Assembly: GCA_965283875.1 (NCBI GenBank)
Contig: CBDIQC010000002.1
Span: forward strand, 189,839 to 253,838
Direction: 5' to 3'
DNA length: 64,000 nt
Source: an uncultured Elusimicrobia bacterium
GTDB taxonomy: Bacteria > Elusimicrobiota > Elusimicrobia > UBA1565 > UBA9628
Position numbers and translations under genes: made by a program
In this document: positions 50,517 to 61,003 of the stretch, piece after piece
Layout of the letters: each line of letters starts with the position of its first letter
How positions within the stretch are numbered: position 1 is the stretch's first letter
The notes under the pieces: model-generated
Told to the model about the DNA's origin: nothing
Database searches by the model: none
The model's input: only the letters and a program-made list of their open reading frames with translations

Positions 50517-52246
50517 AGCTCTCGAAATACCTGCTCCCGACGCTGCGCGAGGCCCCGTCCGACGCGGACAACGTGTCCGCCCAGCTCATGCAGCGCGCGG
50601 GCATGATCCGCAAGGTCGCCTCCGGCATCTACGACTGGCTCCCGCTGGGGCTGCGCGTGCTGCGCAAGGTGGAAAAAGTCGTGCGCGCGGAGATGGACGG
50701 CATCGGCGGCCTCGAGGTCGATCTGCCCGTCATCCAGCCCAAGGGCCTGTGGGAGGAGACCGGCCGCTGGCCCGTGTATGGGAAGGAGCTGCTACGCATC
50801 AAGGACCGCAAGGACGCCGAGTTCTGCTTCGCGCCGACCGCCGAGGAGGTCGTCACCGACCTCGTGCGGCGGGAAGTGCGCTCCTGGCGCCAATTGCCGG
50901 TGATGCTCTACCAGATCGGCCGCAAGTTCCGCGACGAGATCCGGCCCCGCTTCGGCGTGATGCGCGCGCGCGAGTTCCTGATGAAGGACGCCTACTCCTT
51001 CCACGCCGACGAAGCCGACGCGTCGGCGTATTACAAGACCATCTACGAGGCCTACAAACGCGTGTTCGTGCGCTGCGGCCTGAAGTTCAAGCCCGTGCTC
51101 GCCCAGGCCGGCGCCATCGGCGGGTCCTTCTCCCACGAGTTCATGGTCCTCGCCGAGACCGGCGAGGAGACCATCGTCTCCTGCACCAAGTGCGAATACG
51201 GCGCCAACATCGAGCGCTCGGAGATCAAGGACGCCTTCACCGCGCCCGACGCCTCCAAGTTCAAGCCGCTGACCGAGTTCGACACCCAGGGCAAAACCAC
51301 CGTCGCGGACGTGGCCGCGCTCGTCGGGCGGCCGGTCACCGAATTCCTCAAGACCCAGCTGTACATGATCGACGGCAAGACGCCGGTCATCGCGCTGATG
51401 CGCGGCGACCACGAGCTTCACGAGGCCAAACTCGCCGCGGCCGTCGGCGCGCCCAATCTGTTCCGCGCCTCGCCCGCCCAATACGAGACCGTCATGGGCT
51501 GCAAGGTCGGCTTCGGCGGCCCCCAGGGCCACGACGGCGTGGCCATCTACTGCGACTTCGCGACCAAGGCCGTCCTCAACGGCGTCTCGGGCGCCAACAA
51601 GGACGGCCTGCACACCGACAACTTCAACATCGCCCGCGAGCTGCCGGCCATCAAGGGCTTCTTCGACCTGCGCTCGGCGACGCTCGAGGACGCCTGCCCG
51701 TCCTGCGGCGGCAAAACCGAGTTCTTCAAAGGCATCGAGGTCGGCCACACCTTCAAGCTCGGCACGAAGTATTCGACGTCCATGAAGGCCGAGTACCTTG
51801 ATAAGGCCCAGAAGCCCCAGGTCATGGTCATGGGCTGCTACGGCATCGGCGTGTCGCGCGTCGTGGCGGCCGCCATCGAGCAGGGGCATGATAAGGACGG
51901 CATCGTCTGGCCCTCCGAGATCGCCCCGTTTCACGTCGCCGTCGTCACGCTCGATGAGAACGACGACGCGAAGGTCCGTCCGGCGGTGGACGCGCTCGTC
52001 GCCGCGCTCGAGGCCAAAGGCGTCGAGGTCCTGGAAGACGACCGCGACGGCAAACCCGGCGTGAAGTTCAAGGACATGGACCTCATCGGCATCCCGCACC
52101 GCCTCGTCGTCTCCAAACGCACCCTGGAGGCCGGCGAGGTCGAATACAAGAAACGCGGCTCCGCCGACGCCGAGCGCTGGAAGCTCGACGAAGCCCCCGC
52201 CCGGATGGCCGAGCGCCTCAAAGGCGCCGCCCCCGTCGCCGCCTAA
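50513..52246 (+). CDS. proS: Proline--tRNA ligase (bacterial type with editing domain)
   Basis: 577 aa with MKLSKYLLPTLREAP, FRDEIRPRFGVMRAREFLMKDAYSF and GCYGIGVSR. Confidence 0.95.
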   Translation: MKLSKYLLPTLREAPSDADNVSAQLMQRAGMIRKVASGIYDWLPLGLRVLRKVEKVVRAEMDGIGGLEVDLPVIQPKGLWEETGRWPVYGKELLRIKDRKDAEFCFAPTAEEVVTDLVRREVRSWRQLPVMLYQIGRKFRDEIRPRFGVMRAREFLMKDAYSFHADEADASAYYKTIYEAYKRVFVRCGLKFKPVLAQAGAIGGSFSHEFMVLAETGEETIVSCTKCEYGANIERSEIKDAFTAPDASKFKPLTEFDTQGKTTVADVAALVGRPVTEFLKTQLYMIDGKTPVIALMRGDHELHEAKLAAAVGAPNLFRASPAQYETVMGCKVGFGGPQGHDGVAIYCDFATKAVLNGVSGANKDGLHTDNFNIARELPAIKGFFDLRSATLEDACPSCGGKTEFFKGIEVGHTFKLGTKYSTSMKAEYLDKAQKPQVMVMGCYGIGVSRVVAAAIEQGHDKDGIVWPSEIAPFHVAVVTLDENDDAKVRPAVDALVAALEAKGVEVLEDDRDGKPGVKFKDMDLIGIPHRLVVSKRTLEAGEVEYKKRGSADAERWKLDEAPARMAERLKGAAPVAA

Positions 52247-52255
52247 AACCCTCCC

Positions 52256-52283
52256 TTGACAGGCGCCGGGCCGGGGCTACACT
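52256..52283 (+). promoter_or_regulatory. Promoter TTGACA-16-TACACT, ending 6 nt before the ATG at 52290 (leaderless layout)
   Basis: TTGACA lies at 52256-52261 and TACACT at 52278-52283. Confidence 0.6.
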
Positions 52284-52289
52284 GTGGCC

Positions 52290-53093
52290 ATGCGGCTGCA
52301 GGCGCTCTTGGCGGCGGTGTTGCTCCTGCCGATGGAAGCCGGCGCGGAAGACGAGCGCGGGCTCATCGAGCAGGTGACCGGGGCCGGCCGCGTGGCGTTG
52401 GCTCGCGGGATGCGCCCCCAGAGGCTGCCGCCGACGGAGTGGAGCGCGGGGATGAGTTACACCGACGGCCTCAACCGCATCGGGCAGGCGGTGCCCGTCA
52501 TCCGGCGCAGCGTGCTCGACTCGCGTTATGGCGCGGACGCCCGGGCCCGCCTCGCCGCCGCGATGCGCGAATTCCTCACCCCGGACATGGTCCGCGAGCA
52601 TCTATGCGGCGTCAGCCACGTGGGGGAGCGCCTGTTCACCCATCACGACCGCTACATCCTCCAGCTGGAGATGTACCTGGCGCACGAGGGCCTCGATGAA
52701 TTCCTGCCGTTGCCGTATTGGGAGGCGGGCGGCCCGATTCCCCCCGAGTTCGTGACGCCCGTGGGCCGGGCCGAGCCCGTGCGGCTCCCCGAGGGTTTTT
52801 ACCGCCTCATCGTGCCCAAGCCCGAACGCTTCAAGTTCCCCGAGGTGTGCCAGTACAACACGGACCAGGAGCTCGCCGCGGCGATGGACGGCTGGCACGG
52901 CGGCGTGCACGGCACGCTCGGCGGCTGCATGAGCGATTTCTCGACGACGTCGGCCTCGCCGCTTTTCTGGCTCTGGCACGCCTACGTCTCGCAGTCGCGC
53001 GAGGAGTGGAAACGCTGTCCGGGCGTCAACCCGACCACCTATAACCCCGCGCCTCCCGGCACGCTGAACTATCCGCAGTGCCGCGCGCGTTGA
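52290..53093 (+). CDS. Tyrosinase-like type-3 copper protein, secreted
   Basis: The signal peptide is MRLQALLAAVLLLPMEAGA. The CuA-like region is SHVGERLFTHHDRYILQLEMYLAH and the CuB-like region is WHGGVHGTLGGCM....SPLFWLWHAYV. An alternative GTG start lies at 52284. Confidence 0.7.
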   Translation: MRLQALLAAVLLLPMEAGAEDERGLIEQVTGAGRVALARGMRPQRLPPTEWSAGMSYTDGLNRIGQAVPVIRRSVLDSRYGADARARLAAAMREFLTPDMVREHLCGVSHVGERLFTHHDRYILQLEMYLAHEGLDEFLPLPYWEAGGPIPPEFVTPVGRAEPVRLPEGFYRLIVPKPERFKFPEVCQYNTDQELAAAMDGWHGGVHGTLGGCMSDFSTTSASPLFWLWHAYVSQSREEWKRCPGVNPTTYNPAPPGTLNYPQCRAR

Positions 53094-53320
53094 CCGCGGC
53101 TCAAGGACGCCGCGCGCTCCCGCGTGCGCGAGCAGCCGGCCGGGCGCCCTTAGCGACCAATGTCCATGCCGCCTCTGCGCTTGATATATTTATTTATATC
53201 AGACGTAGAGGGGCGCAAGGGGTGTCCCGGCTCGACGGGGCGGGACTATCGCTCCATATCGGCCTGGGCCGCCTGTCCTCCCCTCTCTAGGTCTTCCGAC
53301 CGTCTCGCGCCGTCGTCGGG

Positions 53321-55455
53321 ATGCGCTTTAATCTGCGCGTGAGAGCTCTGCGGCGGGCGGTCGCGGCGTCTGTCTCGTTCGTCATTTTCGCCCAGCCCGC
53401 TTTCGCCAACGTCCGCGCCCTGCCGACCGTCCTGCCTCGCGCGACCGCGCCCGTCTCGCGCCCCCTGCTCGCTTTGCCGTCGGGCGGCCTGCTCGCCGCG
53501 CCGCACAGCGCGACGCTGACGCCCACGTTGCGGCCGTCCTCGGCCTTCGCGCCGGCGCCGACGGGCGTCTTCGCCGCTCCCGCCGACGCGCCCCGCGCCT
53601 CGGCCTTCACCGTACGCCGTCGCCGCTGGCCGCCGCGCCCGCCGCGTCCACCGCCATCCAGGCGGGCATGGACATGGCGCATCGTCAACGCGGGCATGGT
53701 GGGCGTGTACGACGACCTCGAAGCCCGTGCTGCGCGAGCGTGTCGAAGACGTGGTGCTCAACCGCCGCCCCGACGCCGGCGAGGTCGCGCTGGCGGCCCT
53801 GCGCGCCGAGCAATGGATGGTGCTGGGCGGCGACGGGCCGGGCATCGCCTTTGATCTCCGACCGGGTCAAGGTGTTCAAGGACCCGGAGCGCAACCGCGC
53901 GTTCTGGCGCTACTTCATGGGCGAGCAGGTCTATATGCTCGGCATCCAGATGTACGTCGTGGCGCTGCCGTACCTGATGTCGGCGTTCACCCGCAACACC
54001 GTGCGCGAGAGCGGCCGCCCCGCGCTCTCGCCCGACGAGCTCAACGCGCTGATCCGCGAGAACCGCTCGAACTCGCGCCTGGCGCATTGGTTCTCGCAGG
54101 CCTTCAGCTACATCGCCACGCCGCTGTTCACCAAGGGCGGCACGGCCGCGCCGGGCCCGTGGCTGGTGCGCAGCTCGTATATCCGCGCCGCGGTCATCTT
54201 CGGCATCCCCACCCTCTTCTTCTCGACGGGCCTGCTCGGCGCGGGACCGTCGCTGGCGATCCTGCTCGGCCTTATCGGCGTCCAGTCCTTCTTCCAAGGC
54301 CTGCACGCGACGTCCTCGGCCGGCTCGGCGGCGCGCATCATCGGCGACAAGTCGGTCACCACCGAGGAGCGCGTCCGCGCCAACTCCATCCGCTCCTTCG
54401 CCTCGGCCGTCGTCGCCATCTTCGCGCCGGCCATCGCCGGCAAGATCGCGAGCATGCCGGATTGGTTCGGCAAGTCCGGCACCGGCTCGGCCGTCATCTA
54501 CGGCGTGTACGCCCTGATGACCGGCCTCTCCGGCCTCATCTTCGCGGGCATCAAGCTCATCGCCCAGGAGAAAAACGAGGCCGCCGTCGCCGGCACGCCC
54601 GAGGCCGGCCCCAAGGGTATCGGCGGCGCGCTCAAGAGCGTGTGGACCTCGATGAAAGAGGGTCTGAAAATCGTCTGGGGCAACCGCTTCCTGCGCACCT
54701 TGCTGGGCATGAACCTCGTGGCGTCGCTGTTCACCGACCCGCTGACGTTCAACGTCCTGCCCGAATACGTGGAGACCGTGCTCAAGGGCTCGGGCGGCGC
54801 GCTCGACGGCCTGCTGGGCGTCCCGGTGCTGGGCTGGTTCCTCGACGGCCTGGTCAGCACGCCGATGGGCTTCTTCGGCCTGCTCGTGGCCTTCTCGAGC
54901 CTCGGCTCGGCGCTCGTCTCGGTGTTCATCAACCCGCTGCGCCGCCTCTTCACGCGCCTCGGCTTCAAGACCGAGGAGCAGCTCACCATCCCGTTCTACG
55001 CCATCGCCTTCCTCGAGGTCGTCGCGTTCTGGGCGATGATCTACTACCCGTCGTTCTGGCTCGTGCTCTCGCTGTACGGCCTGCAGACCTTGGCGTCCGG
55101 CTTCGCCGGGCTGATCGTGACGGGGCTTTACCAAAAGAAGCTGGGCGAGCAGGGCAACAAGCAGATGACCCAGGTGCTCGCGGCGTCCTCCTTCGTGAGC
55201 ATCATCGCCGCCATCGCGTCCACGTTCTTGTACGGCTACATCCTCAACGACATCCCGGTGGCGACCAGCCTGCTCATCGCCGCCGTGGCCACGACCATCC
55301 TGGGCCTGCTGCGCCTGGCGGCCCCGTGGATGCTCTTCAGCAAGGCCGAACGCAAAGGCGGCGCGCCGGTGGAGAAACACATCCTGCCGCCCGACCACCG
55401 CGACGGCCACGAGCACCTCCCGGGCTCCAACGGCCCCCTCAACGTCGGCCTGTAG
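53321..55455 (+). CDS. MFS-like polytopic membrane protein with a Pro/Ala-rich N-terminal extension; the 5' 550 nt contains about three frame breaks
   Basis: The robust core runs 53868-55455 (KVFKDPERNRAFWRYFMGEQVYMLGIQMYVVALPYLM..., about 12 TM helices). The N-terminal pieces (MRFNLRVRALRR.. signal; VGVYDDLEA/PVLRERVEDVVLNRRPDAGEVALAALRAEQWMVLGGDGPGIAF) lie in three frames. Confidence 0.5.
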
Positions 55456-55469
55456 TTCTCCCGTGCCCC

Positions 55470-55499
55470 TTGACGCCGTTTGCCCAAGCGTGGTATAAT
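55470..55499 (+). promoter_or_regulatory. Promoter TTGACG-18-TGgTATAAT of the rimP-nusA-infB operon
   Basis: TTGACG lies at 55470-55475 and an extended -10 box, TGGTATAAT, at 55491-55499. Confidence 0.7.
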
Positions 55500-55531
55500 T
55501 ACACATAAGCCGTTAGCACTAATCGCGAACA

Positions 55532-55562
55532 GTGGCCTGCCGTTTCGGGCCACTTTTTTATT
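55532..55562 (+). terminator. Intrinsic terminator or attenuator in the rimP leader
   Basis: GTGGCC (55532-55537) pairs with GGCCAC (55548-55553). TTTTTTATT follows directly. The hairpin starts about 27 nt downstream of the predicted transcription start, and the T tract ends 10 nt before the rimP ATG. Confidence 0.7.
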
Positions 55563-55571
55563 GAGAAAATA

Positions 55572-56033
55572 ATGGACGCCAAAGAGCTCGAAGCCCTGCT
55601 GACCCCCCTCATCGAACAGGAGGGCGGCGAAATCGTGGACATGCAGTGGCGCCGCGAGGGCCACCGCTGGATGCTGCGCCTGTTCCTGGACAAGCCCGCG
55701 GGCCTGACGCTCGACGACTGCGAATATTTCTCCAACCGGGTCGGCGCTCTGCTCGACGAGAAGGACTGCATCACCGAGTCCTACGTGCTCGAGGTGTCCT
55801 CCCCCGGGCTCGACCGCGTCGTCAAGAAGGACAAGGATTTCGAACGCTTCTCCGGCAAGCCGGTGAAGCTCAAGCTGAAGATCCCGGAGAACGGCCAGCG
55901 CCGCTTCGCCGGGACGCTCAAGGGCCTGCGGGACGGCTTCATCGTCGTCGCCGTGGGCCCGGACGAGAAACGTTTCGCGCGCGCGGGCGTCGAGGAAGTC
56001 CGTCTCGACGACTCCGCCGCCGCGGAGCTGTGA
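55572..56033 (+). CDS. rimP: Ribosome maturation factor RimP
   Basis: 153 aa with LEVSSPGLDRVVKK. It lies upstream of nusA. Confidence 0.9.
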   Translation: MDAKELEALLTPLIEQEGGEIVDMQWRREGHRWMLRLFLDKPAGLTLDDCEYFSNRVGALLDEKDCITESYVLEVSSPGLDRVVKKDKDFERFSGKPVKLKLKIPENGQRRFAGTLKGLRDGFIVVAVGPDEKRFARAGVEEVRLDDSAAAEL

Positions 56034-56055
56034 TTTAAGGTTTCAGGGAGAATAT

Positions 56056-57317
56056 ATGGCCAAGTCCGAACTGATGGGCGCTTTGGAGCAGATCGCGCGG
56101 GAGAAGAACATCCCCGTCGAGGAGATCCTCACGATGATCGAGGGCGCCGTCGTGTCCTCGCTGCGCAAACACGTGGGTAAAAACGCGGTGATCGTCGCCA
56201 AGATCGACCGCGAGACGGCCGTGTTCTCCGCCCAGGTGGTCAAGAAGGTCGTCGAGACCGTCGTGGACCCCGAGCTCGAGATGACCCTCGCCGAGGCCGT
56301 GAAGATCAAGAAAGGCGTCACCGTCGGCGACGAGGTGTCCTACCCCGCGCCCGCGGCCGACTTCGCCCGCATCGCCGCCCAGACCGCCAAGCAGGTGCTC
56401 ACCCAGCGCGTGCGCGAGGTCGAGCGCGACAAGCTCTACGACGAGTTCAAGCCCAAGGAAGGCGAGATCGTCAACGGCTCCGTGCACCGCTTCATGGAGC
56501 GCAACATCGTGGTGGACCTCGGCAAAACCGAGGCCCTTCTCCCCTGCGCGAGCAGATCCGCCGCGAGCGCTACAACATCGGCGGCAACGTTCGCGCCGTC
56601 ATCCTGCGCGTCGATAAGGCGCAGCGCGGCCCCGCCGTGCTGCTGTCGCGCGCCTCGGACAGCTTCCTGCAGCGCCTCATGGAGATGGAGGTCCCCGAGA
56701 TCGCCGACAAGACCATCGAGGTCGTGCGCATCGTGCGCGACCCGGGCTTCCGCGCCAAGGTCGTGGTCCGCTCCAACGACCCCAAGGTGGACGCCATCGG
56801 CGCCTGCGTGGGCCTGCGCGGCTCGCGCATCCGCTCCATCATGAACGAGGTGGCCGGCGAGCGCATCGACCTCATCCCCTACGCCGACGGCGTCGAGGAA
56901 GCCCTGGCCAACGCGCTTGCGCCGGCCAAGGTCGCCAACGTGCGCATCACCGACGCGGAGAACCGCGTCGCCGAGATCCAGGTCAACGAGGAGCAGCTCG
57001 CGCTGGCCATCGGCAAGGACGGCCAGAACGTGCGCCTGGCGCAGAAGCTCACCGGCTGGACCCTCGAGGTCAAGTCCGAGGGCCAGATGCGCGCCGAATA
57101 CAAGGCCTACGAGGACGCGGCCGCCAAGCAGCTCGAAGGCCTCGAAGGCGTCGGCCCCAAGACCATCGAGACCTTGGTCGCCGGCGGCATCACCGACATC
57201 GCCCGCCTGGCGGGCGCCACGGTCGAGGAATTGACCGCGCTGGAAGGCATCGGCGCCAAATCCGCGGCCAAGATCATCGCCGCCGCCAAAGCCGCCCAGG
57301 AGAAAGCCGGGGCTTAA
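56056..57317 (+). CDS. nusA: Transcription termination/antitermination factor NusA; one frame break at the C-run 56541-56544
   Basis: The N-terminal and S1 parts are in ORF 56056..56844. [53 protein letters not shown] (KH domains) continues in ORF 56637..57317 once the C4 run is read as C5. Confidence 0.9.
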
Positions 57318-57338
57318 ATGCTATAATCGCCGTTGCTA

Positions 57339-59924
57339 ATGGAAAAGAAGACCACCACGAAGAAGCCCGCGGCCAAGAAGCCGGCCGCCAAGAAGACCGA
57401 CGCCAAGTCCAAGTCCGCTAAGGATAAGAAGCCCGAAGTCGAGGGCGTGGCGCGCACGACCGCCGAGGTCCGCACCAAGCAGGAGGAGAACTCCATCGCG
57501 CCGGAGAGCTCCCGCCTGGTCTCCGCCTTCGACCTCTTCAAGAAGCGCAAGGTCTCTTCCTCCGGGCCCACCGTGACGCGTCTGGCCGCCGGCGCCGCCC
57601 TTCCCAAGCCCCCGGCGCCCAAGCTGCCCGAGCCCCCTCCCGCCCCCGCTCCCGTCGCGCCGCCGGCGCCCGTCGCGCCGCCCGCCCCGCTCCCGTCGCC
57701 GCCAGCCGCCCGTCCCGGGCATGCCCACCGTCCCGGGCGCGGCCATGCCCGCGGTCCCCGGCGTGCCCGTCCCGCCCGAGCCGCCCGTGCCCGGCGCCGT
57801 GCCGCCCCGTCCCGCCGTGCCCGGCGCCGGCGCTCCGGGCGCTCCCGTCGCGCCCCGCCCCGCCGTGCCCGGCGCGCCCGCCGCTCCCGGCGCCAAGCCG
57901 CCGGTCTCCGGCGCGCCCGCGACCCCGGCCAAGCCGCCCGTCCCCCCGATTCCCTCGAAGCCCGTGATTTTGCGCCCCGGCGCCATCACAACGCGGCCGC
58001 CCATGCCGCAGCGCCCCGGCGGCGCCCCGCAGCAGTTCCGCCCCGGCCAGGGCCGGCTCGGCGGCGCGGCGGCGGCCATCGCCCGCCGCACCACCAGAAG
58101 CCGCAGCCCGCGCCTCAGCCCGCGGCGCCCAAGTCCGCTCTTAAGAAGCTGCAGGTCTCCTCGATGCTCACCGTGCGCGAGCTCTCCGAGAAGATGGAGG
58201 TCAAGACCAACGACGTCATCAAGAAGCTGATGACGCTCGGCATCTTCGCCACCATCAACCAGCGCCTCGAGACCGAGGCCGCGCAGGTCGTCGCCTCCGA
58301 CTTCGGCTTCGAGCTCGAGCTCGTCGCGATGTACAAAGAAGAGGAGCTCGCGGTCGTCGCCAAAGAGAAGGAAGACCCCGCCAAGCTCAAGCCCCGCTCG
58401 CCCGTCATCACCATCATGGGCCACGTGGACCACGGCAAAACCTCGCTGCTCGACGCCATCCGCTCGGCGCGCGTCGCCGAAGGCGAATCCGGCGGCATCA
58501 CCCAGCACATCGGCGCCTACAAGGTTAAGACCGAGAAGGGCGAGGTCGTCTTCCTCGACACGCCCGGTCACGAGGCCTTCACCGCCATGCGCGCGCGCGG
58601 CGCCAAGGTCACCGACATCGTCGTGCTCGTCGTGTCGGCCACCGACGGCATCATGCCCCAGACCATCGAGGCGATGGACCACGCCAAGGCCGCCGGCGTG
58701 CCCATCATCGTCGCGGTCAACAAGATCGACCTGCCGGGCGCCAACCCGCAGAAGATCCGCCAGGACCTCGCCAACCACGGCCTGCAGGCCGAGGAGTGGG
58801 GCGGCAAGACCATCTTCCAGGACGTCTCCGCCAAGAAGCGCATCAACCTCGACAAGCTCCTCGAGAACCTCGCGCTCCAGGCCGAGATCCTCGAGCTCAA
58901 GGCCAACCCGGACCGCCCCGCCTACGGCACCATCCTCGAGGGCCGCATGGACGCCAAACGCGGCTCGGTGTCCACCGTTCTCGTGCAGGCCGGCACGCTC
59001 AAGGTCGGCGACGCGTTCGTCGCGGGCCTGGCTTACGGCAAGATCAAGGCCCTCATCGACGACGCGGGCCATCGCATCGAGGCCGCCGGGCCTTCGACCC
59101 CGGTCGAGATTCTCGGCCTGACCGGCAACCCGCAGGCCGGCGACGCCTTCACCGTCGTCGAGAACGAGAAGGCCGCCCGCGACATCGCGGAGAAGCGCCG
59201 CCTCATCCACCGCGAGCAGTCCCTGGCCCACCAGAAGCACATGACGCTCGTCGGCCTGCGCGGCGCGCTCACCTCCGCCGGCGGCTCGGTCAAGGCGAAG
59301 GACCTCAACATCCTGCTCAAGACCGACGTGCAGGGCTCGCTGCAGGCCCTGCGCGACTCGCTCGAGGGCCTGGCCACCACCGAGTGCAAGGTGCGCGTCA
59401 TCCACGGCGCCATCGGCGACCTCAACGAATCCGACGTGCTGCTGGCGGCCGCCTCCGACGCGGTCACCTTGCTCTTCCACACGGACATCGACCCGCGCGC
59501 CCAGGAGATCGCGACGCGCGAAGGCGTCGAGATCCGCAAATACGAGATCATCTACGACCTCATCGAGGACGTCAAAGCCGCCCTCGAAGGCCTGCTCGCG
59601 CCCGAAGTGGTGGACGTCGTCGTCGGCAAAGGCGAAGTCAAGGCGCTGTTCAAGGTCAAGGCCGGCGTCATCGCCGGCTCCGCCATCCGCGACGGCAAGC
59701 TCTCCCGCGGCGGCCACATCAAGGTGGTGCGCAACGGCGAGATCGTCCACACCGGCAAGGTCACGACCTTGCGCCACTTCAAGGACGACGTCAAAGAGAT
59801 CGAGAAGGGCCAGGAGTGCGGCATCGGCGTCGAAGGCTACTCCGGCTTCCAGGTCGGCGACCTCCTCGAGTTCTTCATCAAGGAGACGCGCACGCGTCGC
59901 CTGTCGCAGTCCACGAAGGCCTAA
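57339..59924 (+). CDS. infB: Translation initiation factor IF-2; the central ~370 nt of the long ORF is probably read in the wrong frame
   Basis: The G domain reads [17 protein letters not shown]...DTPGHEAF...NKID. Frame +1 between about 57705 and 58080 gives a Pro/Ala/Gly-rich linker with higher GC3 than the Arg-rich ORF frame. Confidence 0.9.
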   Translation: MEKKTTTKKPAAKKPAAKKTDAKSKSAKDKKPEVEGVARTTAEVRTKQEENSIAPESSRLVSAFDLFKKRKVSSSGPTVTRLAAGAALPKPPAPKLPEPPPAPAPVAPPAPVAPPAPLPSPPAARPGHAHRPGRGHARGPRRARPARAARARRRAAPSRRARRRRSGRSRRAPPRRARRARRSRRQAAGLRRARDPGQAARPPDSLEARDFAPRRHHNAAAHAAAPRRRPAAVPPRPGPARRRGGGHRPPHHQKPQPAPQPAAPKSALKKLQVSSMLTVRELSEKMEVKTNDVIKKLMTLGIFATINQRLETEAAQVVASDFGFELELVAMYKEEELAVVAKEKEDPAKLKPRSPVITIMGHVDHGKTSLLDAIRSARVAEGESGGITQHIGAYKVKTEKGEVVFLDTPGHEAFTAMRARGAKVTDIVVLVVSATDGIMPQTIEAMDHAKAAGVPIIVAVNKIDLPGANPQKIRQDLANHGLQAEEWGGKTIFQDVSAKKRINLDKLLENLALQAEILELKANPDRPAYGTILEGRMDAKRGSVSTVLVQAGTLKVGDAFVAGLAYGKIKALIDDAGHRIEAAGPSTPVEILGLTGNPQAGDAFTVVENEKAARDIAEKRRLIHREQSLAHQKHMTLVGLRGALTSAGGSVKAKDLNILLKTDVQGSLQALRDSLEGLATTECKVRVIHGAIGDLNESDVLLAAASDAVTLLFHTDIDPRAQEIATREGVEIRKYEIIYDLIEDVKAALEGLLAPEVVDVVVGKGEVKALFKVKAGVIAGSAIRDGKLSRGGHIKVVRNGEIVHTGKVTTLRHFKDDVKEIEKGQECGIGVEGYSGFQVGDLLEFFIKETRTRRLSQSTKA

Positions 59925-59933
59925 GCGAACCCC

Positions 59934-60284
59934 GTGTTCGACCGAGGCGAGCGTCTTAAGGAGCTGTTCAAGGAGCTCGTCGTCGAGCTGCTCCGCGAGG
60001 TCAAGGACCCGGGCCTCTCCGGCTTCCTGACCGTCACGGGCGTGGACCTTTCCGCCGACCGCAAGAACCTCAAGGTTTATTACTCCATCCTCGGCACCGA
60101 GGCCGAGAAGGAGCGCGCGGCCAAGGCCTTGGAGCGCGCCGCCCCCTACCTGCGCAGCCTCCTCAAGAAACGCGTGACCGTCAAGGTCGTGCCCAACCTC
60201 CTCTTCAAATACGACGACACGCCCCGCACCGCGTCGCGCATCGACGCCCTGCTCAACAAGCTCGAGAAGGAAAAGGGCCAGTGA
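59934..60284 (+). CDS. rbfA: Ribosome-binding factor A
   Basis: 116 aa with RGERLKELFKELVVELL, DPGLSGFLTVTGVDLSADRKNLKVYYS and LRSLLKKR. Confidence 0.9.
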   Translation: MFDRGERLKELFKELVVELLREVKDPGLSGFLTVTGVDLSADRKNLKVYYSILGTEAEKERAAKALERAAPYLRSLLKKRVTVKVVPNLLFKYDDTPRTASRIDALLNKLEKEKGQ

Positions 60285-61003
60285 CCGTCCCGCCGCACGC
60301 GGGGATGCTGCTCACCGACAAACCCACCGGCTGGACGTCCCATGACGTCGTGGCCGTCCTGCGCAAACGTTTCCCGAAGGGCACCAAGGTCGGCCACACC
60401 GGCACCTTGGACCCGCTGGCCACCGGCCTGCTCGTCGTGCTCGTCGGCCCCTGCACCAAGCTCCAGGCGCGCCTCCAGGGCATGGATAAGACTTATTCGG
60501 GCACCATCCGGCTCGGGGTCAAAACCGATACGGGCGACATCACGGGCAAGGTCGTCGAAGAGAAACCTTTGCCGGCCCTGGACCTCAAGGCGCTGCAGAA
60601 GGCCGCGGACGCCCTGCATGGCGAGATTTCGGCTCCCGCCCCGGCTTATTCCGCCGTCAAACACGAAGGCCGCCCGCTGTACGCCTATGCCCGCGCCGGT
60701 GAAGAGGTGCCCGTGAAGGCCCGGACCGCCCTGGTGAAGACTTGGAAGGTTCTAGCCTGGGACGCGCCCGAAATGTCCTACCGCATGGAGGTCGGCAGCG
60801 GCACCTACGTGCGCACCTTGGCCGAGGTGCTGGGCGAGAAGCTCGGCTGCGGCGGCACCGTCTCGGCCCTGCGCCGCGAAACCGTCGGGCCGTTCCGCCT
60901 GGAGGACGGCCGCCCGCTCGCCGAGTGGCGCGAGATGCCGCCCCAGGACCTGGCCGCCTGCCTGGCCGCGTCTTTGCCGCTCCTCGAGGCCGCGCTCAAG
61001 TGA
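60281..61003 (+). CDS. truB: tRNA pseudouridine(55) synthase
   Basis: 240 aa with LLTDKPTGWTSHDVV and KVGHTGTLDPLATGLLVVLVG. Confidence 0.9.
   Translation: MTVPPHAGMLLTDKPTGWTSHDVVAVLRKRFPKGTKVGHTGTLDPLATGLLVVLVGPCTKLQARLQGMDKTYSGTIRLGVKTDTGDITGKVVEEKPLPALDLKALQKAADALHGEISAPAPAYSAVKHEGRPLYAYARAGEEVPVKARTALVKTWKVLAWDAPEMSYRMEVGSGTYVRTLAEVLGEKLGCGGTVSALRRETVGPFRLEDGRPLAEWREMPPQDLAACLAASLPLLEAALK

Noticed and set aside
49414-51801. A 795-aa ORF appears to fuse rseP with downstream sequence.
   Set aside because: This is run-on in a wrong frame after a 1-nt homopolymer error at 50307-10. The true RseP C-terminus (LDGGHAVFYIWE...KAK*) ends at 50516, and proS starts at 50513.
53160-53320. The region between the tyrosinase-like gene and the MFS-like gene might be a riboswitch or ncRNA. 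It contains the AT-rich palindrome TGATATA-N6-TATATCA and AGAGGGG...CCCCTCT pairing.
   Set aside because: I could only find short, ambiguous stems and no recognisable riboswitch core. The AT-rich palindrome overlaps a plausible extended -10 box (TGATATATT), so it is more simply a promoter or operator region. The evidence is not strong enough for a finding.
57720-58080. The Arg-rich tract of IF-2 might be a genuine unusual domain.
   Set aside because: The alternative +1 frame has a clearly higher GC3. It also has the Pro/Ala/Gly composition expected of IF-2 linkers. A wrong-frame reading is more parsimonious.
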